Shown here piece after piece: positions 53,201 through 62,179 of a DNA stretch of 64,000 bases. The notes under the pieces were generated by a model. It searched no databases. It saw nothing but the letters and a program-made list of their open reading frames with translations, and had not been told where the DNA came from. The translations under genes were made by a program, and so were the position numbers. Origin of the DNA: Bacteroidota bacterium (GTDB lineage: Bacteria > Bacteroidota > Bacteroidia > NS11-12g > UBA955); NCBI GenBank assembly GCA_005798825.1, contig SYIL01000035.1:12338-76337 (forward strand). The letters are read 5' to 3'. The stretch's first letter is position 1. Each line of letters opens with the position of its first letter.

Positions 53201-53543
53201 ACCCTGCACTGGCAACAGCACTCACCATATTCATCCAATAGCCAGCATTTTCTGGGGACGATGCCATCAAAGAAAACAAGCGTCCGATCAATAAAAATAA
53301 AGGGGCTCCTGGTGGGTGAACCACTTGAAGTTTGTATGCAGCACTGGCAAATTCACCACAATCCCACAAACTTACACTGGGTTCTAGTGTGAGGGTATAT
53401 ACAAGAAGCGCAATCGCAAATACAAGCCATCCCATGATTTGATTTAACCACCCTCTTTGTCTCATTGCTATTTTATTGGTAGAGGAGGCAGAAGGGTTTT
53501 TTGATGATTCCATTTCTAGATCCTGAGGCGTTAAATTAGTCAT
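50274..53543 (-). CDS. DUF2723 / TMEM260-like GT-C membrane glycosyltransferase
   Basis: LEPSVSLWDCGEF, HPPGAPLF, WFSAVESEVY, REQYG, EPRERDY, GDNDTYPLWY; many TM helices and a large soluble C-terminal region. Confidence 0.88.
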   Translation of the reverse strand: MTNLTPQDLEMESSKNPSASSTNKIAMRQRGWLNQIMGWLVFAIALLVYTLTLEPSVSLWDCGEFASAAYKLQVVHPPGAPLFLLIGRLFSLMASSPENAGYWMNMVSAVASAGCVMFTFWITTYFAERIVSDDNQFKTILVLGAGTVAALTNTFIDTFWFSAVESEVYALSSFFTTLTFWAVLRWWKTAEDIKSDRWLVFIAYLIGLSLGNHMLNMLVIPCVCLAYYFRKKTITPNGVLMALGAAAISLGFVMKIIYPGIPWLMARMDRLFVNDFGLPFYSGTIAAIVLIALLAGFLLFYTHSKGKRNWNIMVMSALCIIIGYSSYAMVIIRSKANPAIDMNNPEDPYKFYGYITREQYGDRPLIYGPYFNAPEDGTKSLGTRYFKGKNQYEEGGENYDYTYDDEYMTLFPRMGKSNKPNDARGFREYGGMSDVQNSIDEIQGLAQQQQRAMTEEEIQESEFLNYEKPTFLQNMKYFFNYQVRYMYLRYFMWNFVGRFNDQQAVMGNTRFDGNWYSGIPFIDCFVVGPRKGLPDFYKNQKGKNAYFFLPLLLGMLGLIWQATAKKYDFWLVMTLFIFTGLLINVYMNQPPYEPRERDYALVGSFQTFCIWVGLGVSALAEITRNFFRNNIATAVATAYAIVFSLLLVPGNMAYQNWDDHDRSGRSIGIDMAKNFLGNLEPNAILFCNGDNDTYPLWYAQNVEGFRKDVRIINQSLLPTDWYSSVLLNKVYASDPLPLTLTKKDLQTGSFDGGIEIVDPNGVTSLAAAVRQVIGENNLGDERNYLKARKVSFPVNRKAVIASGLVRGDDTSQIVNQIEYSIGGSYISKGDLVFMDLICENARQGWKRPIYFTSVSGYDFYDLNDYLQLEGLVYKFVPIRGGSNQRQPQRVAEDKLYKNLVKNYRYCGMKQKKNFFLDDKAAYVPGDLQQMASLLARTYLGKISVYNQYAKAVREKREDIPVPPGYASIDAFLAIEGKKIAGYRKKGIEVIGHILTEIPENAMPMRKEYKADYGLVLLELGDTKTAKKTLDLAVKDCTQFARYFVRWENETFGAREVQSSRETLKGIIDGCKQLGRKDWAAEYTKRSEGI

Positions 53544-53660
53544 TGTTCAGTATACAATTATTTTTAGGTTTGATTGATAGGCGAAAATAGTGATTTACAA
53601 CGCCAAATGAAAACGTGGAGACACATGTTTAACAAAAAAGTTGTGTGCTGGAAGCAAACA

Positions 53661-55205
53661 TTAGTTTATTGTAGCGGTGATTTTTTGGGCTGCAGTTTGC
53701 ATTCTGGCAATGGTAGAATCTCGACCCATTAGGGTTATCATGTCCCAAATGGGCGGACCGGTTGCTGCGCCACTTAGCGCCAATCGAAGAGGCTGGATCA
53801 TTTCACCTGTTTTGAGTAGATAGGTCTCACAGTATTCCTTAAATATTATTTCGAATGAAGCTGCATCTGCATTTTCGTGTAGCTTCCCAAATGCAAGCGA
53901 CAACCCCAAGATATTCTGCGCTGTATCTGGCTTCCATTTTTTTCGAATTACCTCTTCATCGTATACCTTGGGTTCGACAAAAAAATAATATCCCTCTTCT
54001 ACTATTTCCTTGGCAAATTGTACTTTTTCGCGCATCAATAGGATTACTTTCTCAATATACTCTTGCGTTGCCTCATATCCTTTTGAATCAATCAAGGGTT
54101 TCAATAAAATATACTGCTCTTCTAATGGCTTTGTCTGTAAGTATTGTTGGTTAAACCAAAACGCCTTTTGCAAATCAAATTTTGCCCCGCTTTTACTCAC
54201 CCTTTCTAAACTGAATTCAGCGATCAATTCTTCCATGCTAAACAATTCCTGATTCCCACTCGGATGCCAACCCAATAAAGCCAGCATATTGGCCACAGCT
54301 TCGGGATAATACCCACTTTCACTGTAACTGCTTATAGTCTCACCAGTATCAGGATCTTTCCAAGGCAATGCAAAAACAGGAAATCCCAAACGATCTCCGT
54401 CGCGCTTGCTCAACTTTCCATGACCTTCGGGTTTAAGTAATAGGGGAAGGTGCGCAAATGCCGGCATCGACTCCTCCCAACCCAAATAACGGTATAACAT
54501 AACATGAAGCGGTGCACTGGGCAACCACTCTTCACCGCGAATTACATGGCTAATTTTCATCAGGTAGTCATCAACTACATTGGCCAAATGGTAGGTTGGC
54601 ATTGCATCGCCCTTCAACAATACTTTATCATCCATTGTAGAGGTATTTACAAGAACCCATCCACGAATTATATCAAAAAACCGAAGCTCTTCTTTGCGAG
54701 GCAATTTGATGCGAATCACATAATTGTCTGCCGCTTCAATTTTGGCTTTTACCTCATCTGCAGACATGGTAAGAGAATTTCTCATCCCCATGCGACTAAC
54801 AGAATCATAGGCTGGTTGCATTTTGCTTGCTTCAAGGCGCTTGCGCATTTGATCCAATTCATCCTCAGTGTCAAAGGCATAATAAGCAAATCCCTTTTCG
54901 ACCAAATCAAAGGCATATTGTGCATATATGGATTTGCGCTCACTTTGTCGGTAAGGAGCGAAGGGACCCCCTTGCTCAGGGCCCTCGTCAACCTCTATCC
55001 CAACCCATTTTAGACTATCTATAATATACTGTTCAGCTCCGGGGACAAACCGATTTTGATCTGTATCTTCAATACGCAAAACGAGGGTGCCTGACATTTT
55101 TCGGGCCAATAAATAATTATACAAAGCCGTTCGAACCCCTCCAATATGCAAGGGGCCCGTTGGACTTGGTGCAAAACGAACGCGAACAGGTCTTTCTATG
55201 CTCAT
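53661..55205 (-). CDS. gltX: Glutamate--tRNA ligase
   Basis: RFAPSPTG.LHIGG, LRIEDTD, IRGEEW, KLSKR. Confidence 0.98.
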   Translation of the reverse strand: MSIERPVRVRFAPSPTGPLHIGGVRTALYNYLLARKMSGTLVLRIEDTDQNRFVPGAEQYIIDSLKWVGIEVDEGPEQGGPFAPYRQSERKSIYAQYAFDLVEKGFAYYAFDTEDELDQMRKRLEASKMQPAYDSVSRMGMRNSLTMSADEVKAKIEAADNYVIRIKLPRKEELRFFDIIRGWVLVNTSTMDDKVLLKGDAMPTYHLANVVDDYLMKISHVIRGEEWLPSAPLHVMLYRYLGWEESMPAFAHLPLLLKPEGHGKLSKRDGDRLGFPVFALPWKDPDTGETISSYSESGYYPEAVANMLALLGWHPSGNQELFSMEELIAEFSLERVSKSGAKFDLQKAFWFNQQYLQTKPLEEQYILLKPLIDSKGYEATQEYIEKVILLMREKVQFAKEIVEEGYYFFVEPKVYDEEVIRKKWKPDTAQNILGLSLAFGKLHENADAASFEIIFKEYCETYLLKTGEMIQPLRLALSGAATGPPIWDMITLMGRDSTIARMQTAAQKITATIN

Positions 55206-55215
55206 AAATTGAGTA

Positions 55216-55233
55216 CAAAGTTAACTATCTTTG
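55216..55233. promoter_or_regulatory. Back-to-back -7 elements (bidirectional promoter) for gltX and yqeY
   Basis: CAAAGTTA (TAACTTTG on minus) at 55216-55223 and TATCTTTG at 55226-55233, within a 32-bp intergenic gap. Confidence 0.65.
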
Positions 55234-55237
55234 TTTG

Positions 55238-55684
55238 ATGTCATTAGTCGAACAAGTAAGTGCTGGAATCATGGAAGCGATGAAAGCGAAAAATACAGAC
55301 CGTTTAAGGGCTTTACGGAGTATAAAAAGCACTTTTTTGTTGTTAAAAAGTGCTGAGGGTGCCGGTGAGGTGACCGATGAGCTTTGTATAAAAGCCTTGC
55401 AAAAAATGGCCAAACAACGCAAAGACAGTTTGGATATTTATATAGAACAAGGTCGTGAAGACCTGGCTCTTGTTGAACATTCCGACCTGGCTGTTATCAA
55501 TGGTTTTCTACCAACCCAATTAAGTCAATCCGAAATCGAAGCTCGGGTGAAACAACTGATCAGTGAAACTGGTTCCCTTTCTTTGAAAGACTTGGGCAAG
55601 GTAATGCCCTTGGCCATGAAATCGATGGTTGGAATTGCCGACGGAAAACTCATCAGTGAAACTGTAAAAAAACTCTTGACCTAA
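55238..55684 (+). CDS. yqeY: GatB/YqeY domain protein
   Basis: EAMKAK..LR.IK, KQRKDS..GREDLA, FLPTQLS, KDLGKVM, ADGK. Confidence 0.93.
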   Translation: MSLVEQVSAGIMEAMKAKNTDRLRALRSIKSTFLLLKSAEGAGEVTDELCIKALQKMAKQRKDSLDIYIEQGREDLALVEHSDLAVINGFLPTQLSQSEIEARVKQLISETGSLSLKDLGKVMPLAMKSMVGIADGKLISETVKKLLT

Positions 55685-55709
55685 TATGCGGTTTACGCAT
55701 AAAAACCCC

Positions 55710-56837
55710 TTATTTCTTGAATGGATTTCCGTAGGCCGGATTACGTAAAAAAACTGTATCGGTCATTGTGAGAAGAAATGCTTTTAAATCTGTTTTCTGC
55801 TCCGCAGATAAATTTAATTGCTGATTACTGTGCGCAGACATCATGGGATTTAACGTTGCAGACTGGAATTGAACATTGTCACTATAGTGATTGATGACCT
55901 GTTCTAACGTTGTAAAACGACCGTCGTGCATATAGGGTCCACTGACTGCGATATTGAGCAAAGTAGGCGTTTTGAAGGTGCCTCTATCCATGGCTCGATT
56001 TGTTATGCCACCATACCCTTTATCAATAAAATTAGCATCCAATCCATTATTGGCTATCCCTCCCATATTGGGATTATTCTGCTGCGCCAAAGCACCACCA
56101 TGGCAATGAAAACAATCCGCACCCGAAGTCAATCCTGATGACGCATCAAAATTTACAAGCCCGTTGAACAGTAAAGCACCCCGTTTTTCCGCATTGGTCA
56201 ACAAGGAAAATTTGCCGGGGAAAAAATCAACAAATCGACTATTTTTACTGACCAATGTCATCAAAAATAACTCTAAGGCTTTTGACATATCAAATATATT
56301 GGGTTGACTGCCGAAAGCTTTGTCAAAATACGCAACGTATCGGGGTGTTTTTGCCAATTTTTGCGACAATACAGGCAGCGTCATTGCCATTTCATTATGG
56401 GCTTGAATGGGCTCAAATACAAGCTCTCGCAAGGAATTTTGACGTGCGTCCCAGAAAAACTTTTTGCTGTAGGCTAGATTAACAAGGGTCGAACTATTCC
56501 TGGTCGTTCCAAAACCATAAATACCTGAACTGAAGGGTTTAGAATCTGCAAATGCATTCTTTTGTGAATGACAAGATCCGCAAGAAATAGTACTATCAAA
56601 AGACAAAATAGGGTCGTAAAACAACATTCTTCCCAAATAAATACCCTCTACGGTGAAAGGATTGTCAATGGGCAAGGAAGGCATTCCAAATATTGATTCA
56701 GGAAATACATCAGCAGGGTTAACAATTGTTGCCTTAAATTGCGTTTTTGTACCAGGCAAATCTGGCAAATCTGAATCGCGACGGCAACCGACCAAAATGA
56801 CAATTGCCGTTAAACACAACAGAATAATCCTAGACAT
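55710..56837 (-). CDS. Di-haem cytochrome c peroxidase/MauG-family lipoprotein (MbnH-like)
   Basis: Lipobox LVGC; CGSCH and CFHCH; LGRMLFYDPILS, FFWDAR, FKTPTLLNI..PYMHDG..VINHY. Confidence 0.85.
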   Translation of the reverse strand: MSRIILLCLTAIVILVGCRRDSDLPDLPGTKTQFKATIVNPADVFPESIFGMPSLPIDNPFTVEGIYLGRMLFYDPILSFDSTISCGSCHSQKNAFADSKPFSSGIYGFGTTRNSSTLVNLAYSKKFFWDARQNSLRELVFEPIQAHNEMAMTLPVLSQKLAKTPRYVAYFDKAFGSQPNIFDMSKALELFLMTLVSKNSRFVDFFPGKFSLLTNAEKRGALLFNGLVNFDASSGLTSGADCFHCHGGALAQQNNPNMGGIANNGLDANFIDKGYGGITNRAMDRGTFKTPTLLNIAVSGPYMHDGRFTTLEQVINHYSDNVQFQSATLNPMMSAHSNQQLNLSAEQKTDLKAFLLTMTDTVFLRNPAYGNPFKK

Positions 56838-56845
56838 AAAAATTG

Positions 56846-57673
56846 TTATGGAATACTGGAAAATCCAAATGCATTGTATTTGGTGAGATTCGATAGAAAT
56901 TTATCCATTAACTGCAATTCTTTCACCCCTTCTGAATGCGAAACTGACCCTTTTTTTAATTCAATCGTATTGAACAACTGATCCACTTGGTATTTCAATA
57001 CCACTTTGCTGATGGCTCCATCAACAACAGAAAAGCTTCCCGAAGAATTAGAAACCGAAACAACAAAATTTCGCTTTAAATTATCACCCGCTGTATGAAA
57101 ACTCAATCCCTTGCTGTATTTATCTGTTGTGCTGTCTTTATAATTACCATCAATTGCTTGAAAAATATACCCACCAGACCAACCCCAATGCATACCCGAT
57201 AGATTTCCGTTCAGGGGATGCTCAGGACCCCACTGATTGGGATTTCCATGATTTATATCGTAATCCAATCCCAAGCTAAACTGCAATGATTTGTAATTGC
57301 CTTTGGGAATTTCATAATGAAAGCGGGTACGGCCTTGTTTGAAATCAATCCACTGATATCCGTCCCCCAACAAAACCACCGTTCCATCTTCTTTAATCAA
57401 GGACAATTTGGATATGATCATTCCAAAATTGATAAATTGTAAGTACTCAGGTTGTGCAGTTGACCCTTGACTGGGGTTGTTTTTATAATAATCCCCCAGA
57501 AAAACAATGGGGTTTTTATCCCACATTGCAGAAAAATTTACTTCAACTCCAGTTACAATATCCTTTGGAGGGGGCTGAGCAATTGGACTTTCACAAGATT
57601 GAAATACCAATAAAAAGAAAAAAACTCCAACAAAAATTAATTTTTTTAGGGTTCTTGTGAACAGTGCTTTCAT
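56846..57673 (-). CDS. MbnP-family copper-binding lipoprotein
   Basis: Lipobox FQSC; F.LG.D..NH..P...HPL..MHWGWSGGYIF (WxW motif); adjacent to the di-haem enzyme. Confidence 0.8.
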   Translation of the reverse strand: MKALFTRTLKKLIFVGVFFFLLVFQSCESPIAQPPPKDIVTGVEVNFSAMWDKNPIVFLGDYYKNNPSQGSTAQPEYLQFINFGMIISKLSLIKEDGTVVLLGDGYQWIDFKQGRTRFHYEIPKGNYKSLQFSLGLDYDINHGNPNQWGPEHPLNGNLSGMHWGWSGGYIFQAIDGNYKDSTTDKYSKGLSFHTAGDNLKRNFVVSVSNSSGSFSVVDGAISKVVLKYQVDQLFNTIELKKGSVSHSEGVKELQLMDKFLSNLTKYNAFGFSSIP

Positions 57674-59604
57674 TTTTGCAATTTTATAATCTTATACGAA
57701 TATACAAAGTTATTATCGTTTACCAGTAAAAAATAGGGTCCGCTAGGCCAAGTATCCATCGAAATCGCAAGGCCATTAATTGAAGTTTCCTGATTGCGAC
57801 CTGACCAAAATTTTTGGCCTAAGGCATCATAAATAACCCCTTCAAAATTAGAAGGATTGCGTGCAAATATTGTTGCCATGCCGGTCACAGGATTTGGATA
57901 GACCATGAAAGGTTCATTCTGAATCTTATCCATGTTCAATCCCCCTATACTGGCTTTTGCCAGCACCTTTACAAAGGGATCAAAAATCATTGAATCTGCG
58001 GAAAAAGACAAGTTGATCTCCCTTTCATAATGCAAAGAAACTGGCTCCAATACAATCAAAGTATCCAGGCCTCTTCCTTGAATTAACAGTGGCACTTTGC
58101 AATTCCAAAACGGAACACTCGAATTTGAAGGGATTTGGTCTACGATTATTTTCATTTGACTGCCCCGCTGTTGCCAGTTGATTTTTAGATATGGAAAACC
58201 CTCTCCATAATACCATTGGGTAAAAAAAGTATCCAATTTGCGTCCACTCGCTTGCTCCATTGATGATTTAAGGGCAGGGGTATGCCCAAATCCATACGCA
58301 CGATCCGATCCATTAAGGTATATTCTACATCCCATAAAAAATGCCGAATCGCCAATTTTATCTCGCAACATATGCAATACCCAAGCCCCCTTATTATAGG
58401 TAAGTCGTCCGTTAAAAAGGCCCCCCACAGAAAGAGTGTCTTTGGGAAATACACTCCCATTGTCTTTCCCGGTAATATCTCCCCTCATCCCCCTCAAGCG
58501 TTGGTAAGAGTCTTCCTTGGATTTTAAATACTCTACGGCAATTGTGTTCAAATACGTTGCAAACCCCTCATTTAACCATAGGTCTTGCCAACTTCCACAG
58601 GTAACCATATCGCCAAACCACATGTGCGCCACTTCATGTGCCATCAAATCAAATGAAAAATTTACCATGAAACTCATGGTTTGGTGTTCCATCCCGCCGC
58701 CCCAGGTAAATTGGGCATGTCCATATTTTTCCTTGGCAAAGGGATAGCGCACAAATAAACTGTCAAACAGACGCAATAAGGGCAAAACACCCTTGGTTTC
58801 CTGCTTGGCTGTATTCAAGAATTGGGGAAATACATAATTTAAAACCGGCATGGGTTTGCCACCGCCCGCCCAATAGACAGAATCGGTATATTCGGCATAA
58901 TTGGTTACGGCGATTGCCACCAAATAAGTAGCAATCGGATAACGGTGTTTCCAAATATAGAGTTGCGAAGTATCATTAATAACTTTACTGCGAACAAGCA
59001 GCCCATTGGATGCTACCTTCATTCCTGTATCCGTATAGACCCAAATATCGATGCTGTCAATTTTGTCGTGCAACGATTGCTTGCAAGGCCACCAATACTG
59101 CGCTCCATAGGGCTCGCTGAGGGTATGCACAATAGGACCTTTCATATGATTGTCATAGACAAAATAACCAAAACCCCCATTGTTCACTGGATTGCCTTGG
59201 TATCGAATACCTATAGAATCTCGCTCACCCACCTTCCACCCCTGTTTCTTATAGACATACATATAATTTCCCGCTCTGCGAAACGCCAAATTGCCAGAAG
59301 CACTGTATACCTGATCTACAAAAAGTTTATCTGATAAATCAAAACCAACAGAATCAGTAAGGCTTGTTACCGTAAAATGGGCCATAACATCGCCTTTGAA
59401 ATAGGGCCCACGCCTGGGATTAACCCACCATTTGCAACGATAATAGTCGATTAAATATCCATGTTTTACCCCCGAATTACTGCGTCGTTCCAGGCGATTT
59501 AACATCTGGCTCCGCTCTTTGCAAATCCATTCTTCAGGCAACTCCTGCGCCAAAAGATTGGCGCAAAACAAAAATAATGCTGCCATCACACCCCAAAACT
59601 TCAT
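57670..59604 (-). CDS. M1-family zinc aminopeptidase with T9SS CTD
   Basis: GGMEH, HEVAH-X18-E (WLNEGFATY), YNKGAWVLHMLR; CTD VYPNP..YDALGQ..KIIK. Confidence 0.92.
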   Translation of the reverse strand: MKFWGVMAALFLFCANLLAQELPEEWICKERSQMLNRLERRSNSGVKHGYLIDYYRCKWWVNPRRGPYFKGDVMAHFTVTSLTDSVGFDLSDKLFVDQVYSASGNLAFRRAGNYMYVYKKQGWKVGERDSIGIRYQGNPVNNGGFGYFVYDNHMKGPIVHTLSEPYGAQYWWPCKQSLHDKIDSIDIWVYTDTGMKVASNGLLVRSKVINDTSQLYIWKHRYPIATYLVAIAVTNYAEYTDSVYWAGGGKPMPVLNYVFPQFLNTAKQETKGVLPLLRLFDSLFVRYPFAKEKYGHAQFTWGGGMEHQTMSFMVNFSFDLMAHEVAHMWFGDMVTCGSWQDLWLNEGFATYLNTIAVEYLKSKEDSYQRLRGMRGDITGKDNGSVFPKDTLSVGGLFNGRLTYNKGAWVLHMLRDKIGDSAFFMGCRIYLNGSDRAYGFGHTPALKSSMEQASGRKLDTFFTQWYYGEGFPYLKINWQQRGSQMKIIVDQIPSNSSVPFWNCKVPLLIQGRGLDTLIVLEPVSLHYEREINLSFSADSMIFDPFVKVLAKASIGGLNMDKIQNEPFMVYPNPVTGMATIFARNPSNFEGVIYDALGQKFWSGRNQETSINGLAISMDTWPSGPYFLLVNDNNFVYSYKIIKLQK

Positions 59605-59678
59605 TCATGCAAAGTTCAGAAAAAAATCTCTGCATCCAATTAAATTTTCACATGTACAATCAAGCCTACCTTTGCTCC

Positions 59679-60632
59679 GTGAAATTCAAATGGGTCCCCT
59701 TGTTCTTGATTGTGCTTTTGGGATGTATTTGGGGAAGTTCTTTCTTTTTAATAAAACGTGGTCTGCTTGTTTTCTCTCCAATTCAAGTTGCCGGTCTGCG
59801 ACTTTTTTTCGCAGGTATCGTTCTCGTTCCTTGGATCTACCGATATTCTTTTGGATCCAAATCTACCATCATAAATAAACAAACAGGGACTCTAGAATCT
59901 CTTATTAAACGCAAAGATTATCTATTTTTATTTCTCATTGGCTTATTGGGAAATGCAATCCCTGCTTTTTTATTTAGCAAAGCAGGAGAATTAATTCCCA
60001 GCGGTTTGAGCGGAATTCTAAATGCATTTACACCCATTTTTACCCTGATTCTTGGTATACTATTGTATAAGGAAAAAGCTACTAAAAATGGATTATACGG
60101 CGTTTTTGTGGGTGTATTGGGTGCTGTATTTTTATTGGGCCCTTCTATTCTGGGTCAAAAAGGAATGCACCTAAATCTGGATGGTGTTCTAATGGCACTA
60201 CTGGCATCTATGCTCTATGGGTATAACATAAATTTAATAAAAATAAAATTAGCGCATATTCCACCCATGGCAAAAACTGCGTTTCCTTTTTTTTTCATGG
60301 CTATTGTATATGCCTTTGTATTATGGAGAACGGATGTTTGGGGAACTTTCCAAGCCCACAATGAATTACCGAATGGAGAATGGTTGCCATTAAATCAAAA
60401 AGCCTTGGGTTGTTTAATTTTATTAGGGGTTTTGGGTTCGGCTATATCAATGGTTTTATTCAATTATCTCATTGAGCATACCACCGCTTTGGTTGCCTCA
60501 ACCAATACCTTTATCATTCCAATCGTGGCCGTTGCCTGGGGATTAATAGACCATGAAGCGATTCAATGGAACATGGTTGCTGGACTTGCACTTTCTTTGG
60601 TTGGCGTTTATTTGGTAATGAAAAAGAAGTAG
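59679..60632 (+). CDS. EamA/DMT family transporter
   Basis: [17 protein letters not shown]; ~10 TM segments; probable GTG start 4 nt after TACCTTTG. Confidence 0.9.
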   Translation: MKFKWVPLFLIVLLGCIWGSSFFLIKRGLLVFSPIQVAGLRLFFAGIVLVPWIYRYSFGSKSTIINKQTGTLESLIKRKDYLFLFLIGLLGNAIPAFLFSKAGELIPSGLSGILNAFTPIFTLILGILLYKEKATKNGLYGVFVGVLGAVFLLGPSILGQKGMHLNLDGVLMALLASMLYGYNINLIKIKLAHIPPMAKTAFPFFFMAIVYAFVLWRTDVWGTFQAHNELPNGEWLPLNQKALGCLILLGVLGSAISMVLFNYLIEHTTALVASTNTFIIPIVAVAWGLIDHEAIQWNMVAGLALSLVGVYLVMKKK

Positions 60633-60643
60633 ATTCGCATGCC

Positions 60644-62179
60644 ATGAATACACAAAAAATTCTATCTGCATTTGGCATTGGAGAATATCTATCTTCTGCG
60701 AGTACAGGAATAAATTGGATCCAGGCAAGACCAGGCAGAACCAGAAAAATTCACTCTCCAGTAGATGGCAAAATACTTACAACTGTTCAATTTTCAGACC
60801 TTAAAACCTATAATTTCGTTATTGAAACAGCCCAAAAAGCCTTCCTTGAATGGCGGACAATACCAGCACCCAAACGTGGAGAAATTGTGCGGCAAATTGG
60901 AAATGCGCTTCGAATAAACAAAGCAAATTTGGGTGCATTGGTAAGTTATGAAATGGGTAAAAGCCTTCAAGAAGGATTGGGTGAAGTGCAAGAAATGATT
61001 GATATCTGTGATTTTGCGGTAGGATTAAGCCGCCAGTTACATGGTTTGACCATGCATTCTGAAAGACCCAATCACCGCATGTATGAACAATGGCACCCAT
61101 TGGGCATAGTCGGCATTATCAGTGCCTTTAACTTCCCTGTTGCGGTTTGGAGTTGGAATGCTATGTTGGCTGTTATCTGTGGAAATGTTTGCGTATGGAA
61201 ACCTTCCGAAAAAACACCTGCCAGTGCAGCAGCCGTTCAATTCATACTGCAGTCTGTACTGAAAACCCATGCGGTTCCAGAGGGAGTTTTTTGCTTGGTT
61301 CAGGGAGACAGCGAAATTGGAGAAGCCATGAGCCACGATATTCGGGTTCCCTTAATAAGTGCGACTGGAAGCACACGAATGGGAAAACGATTGGCTGAAG
61401 TAACTGGTAAACGATTGGGAAAAACCCTATTAGAATTAGGCGGTAACAATGCCATCATCATAACACCCAATGCAAACCTTGATTTAGCCATGCTTGCCAT
61501 GGTTTTTGGTGCCGTTGGCACAGCGGGACAGCGCTGTACAAGCACACGTCGCTTAATTATTCACCACAGTATTTATGAAACCGTTAAAGAAAAATTGACG
61601 CGAGCCTACAGCCAACTTAAAATAGGCAATCCGCTCGATGAAAAAAATCACGTGGGCCCATTAATTGATTCCGATGCTGTTAATATGTATTTAAAAGCCA
61701 TTGAACAGTTACGCAAAGAGGGGGGCAATGTACTTTGTGGAAACACCGTACTTCAGGGTGATTCCTATAAAAGTGGCTGTTATGTATTGCCGACAATCTG
61801 TGAGGCACAACCCAATTATAGCATAGTTCAAGAGGAGACATTTGCGCCCATACTGTATTTGCTGCGTTATGATTCTCTTGAAGAGGCAATTGCAATACAG
61901 AACCATGTGAAACAGGGTTTATCCAGTGCAATTTTTACTGATTCAATTCAAGAAGCAGAACAATTTTTGGGCTGTATGGGTTCGGATTGCGGAATTGCAA
62001 ATGTGAATATTGGAACCTCAGGTGCTGAGATTGGGGGAGCATTTGGTGGTGAAAAAGAAACCGGTGGAGGAAGAGAAAGTGGTTCTGATGCCTGGAGGGT
62101 GTATATGCGTCGCCAAACAAATACCATTAATTATGGAAATGATTTACCCCTGGCCCAAGGTATTCAATTTGATTTATAA
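60644..62179 (+). CDS. amaB: ALDH7-family aldehyde dehydrogenase (L-piperideine-6-carboxylate / aminoadipate-semialdehyde dehydrogenase)
   Basis: [50 protein letters not shown]. Confidence 0.9.
   Translation: MNTQKILSAFGIGEYLSSASTGINWIQARPGRTRKIHSPVDGKILTTVQFSDLKTYNFVIETAQKAFLEWRTIPAPKRGEIVRQIGNALRINKANLGALVSYEMGKSLQEGLGEVQEMIDICDFAVGLSRQLHGLTMHSERPNHRMYEQWHPLGIVGIISAFNFPVAVWSWNAMLAVICGNVCVWKPSEKTPASAAAVQFILQSVLKTHAVPEGVFCLVQGDSEIGEAMSHDIRVPLISATGSTRMGKRLAEVTGKRLGKTLLELGGNNAIIITPNANLDLAMLAMVFGAVGTAGQRCTSTRRLIIHHSIYETVKEKLTRAYSQLKIGNPLDEKNHVGPLIDSDAVNMYLKAIEQLRKEGGNVLCGNTVLQGDSYKSGCYVLPTICEAQPNYSIVQEETFAPILYLLRYDSLEEAIAIQNHVKQGLSSAIFTDSIQEAEQFLGCMGSDCGIANVNIGTSGAEIGGAFGGEKETGGGRESGSDAWRVYMRRQTNTINYGNDLPLAQGIQFDL

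Noticed and set aside
54504..55013. 169-aa plus-strand ORF
   Set aside because: Antisense to gltX.
55685..55701. Hairpin TATGCG-GTTTA-CGCATA as an intrinsic terminator
   Set aside because: No U-tract follows it on either strand.
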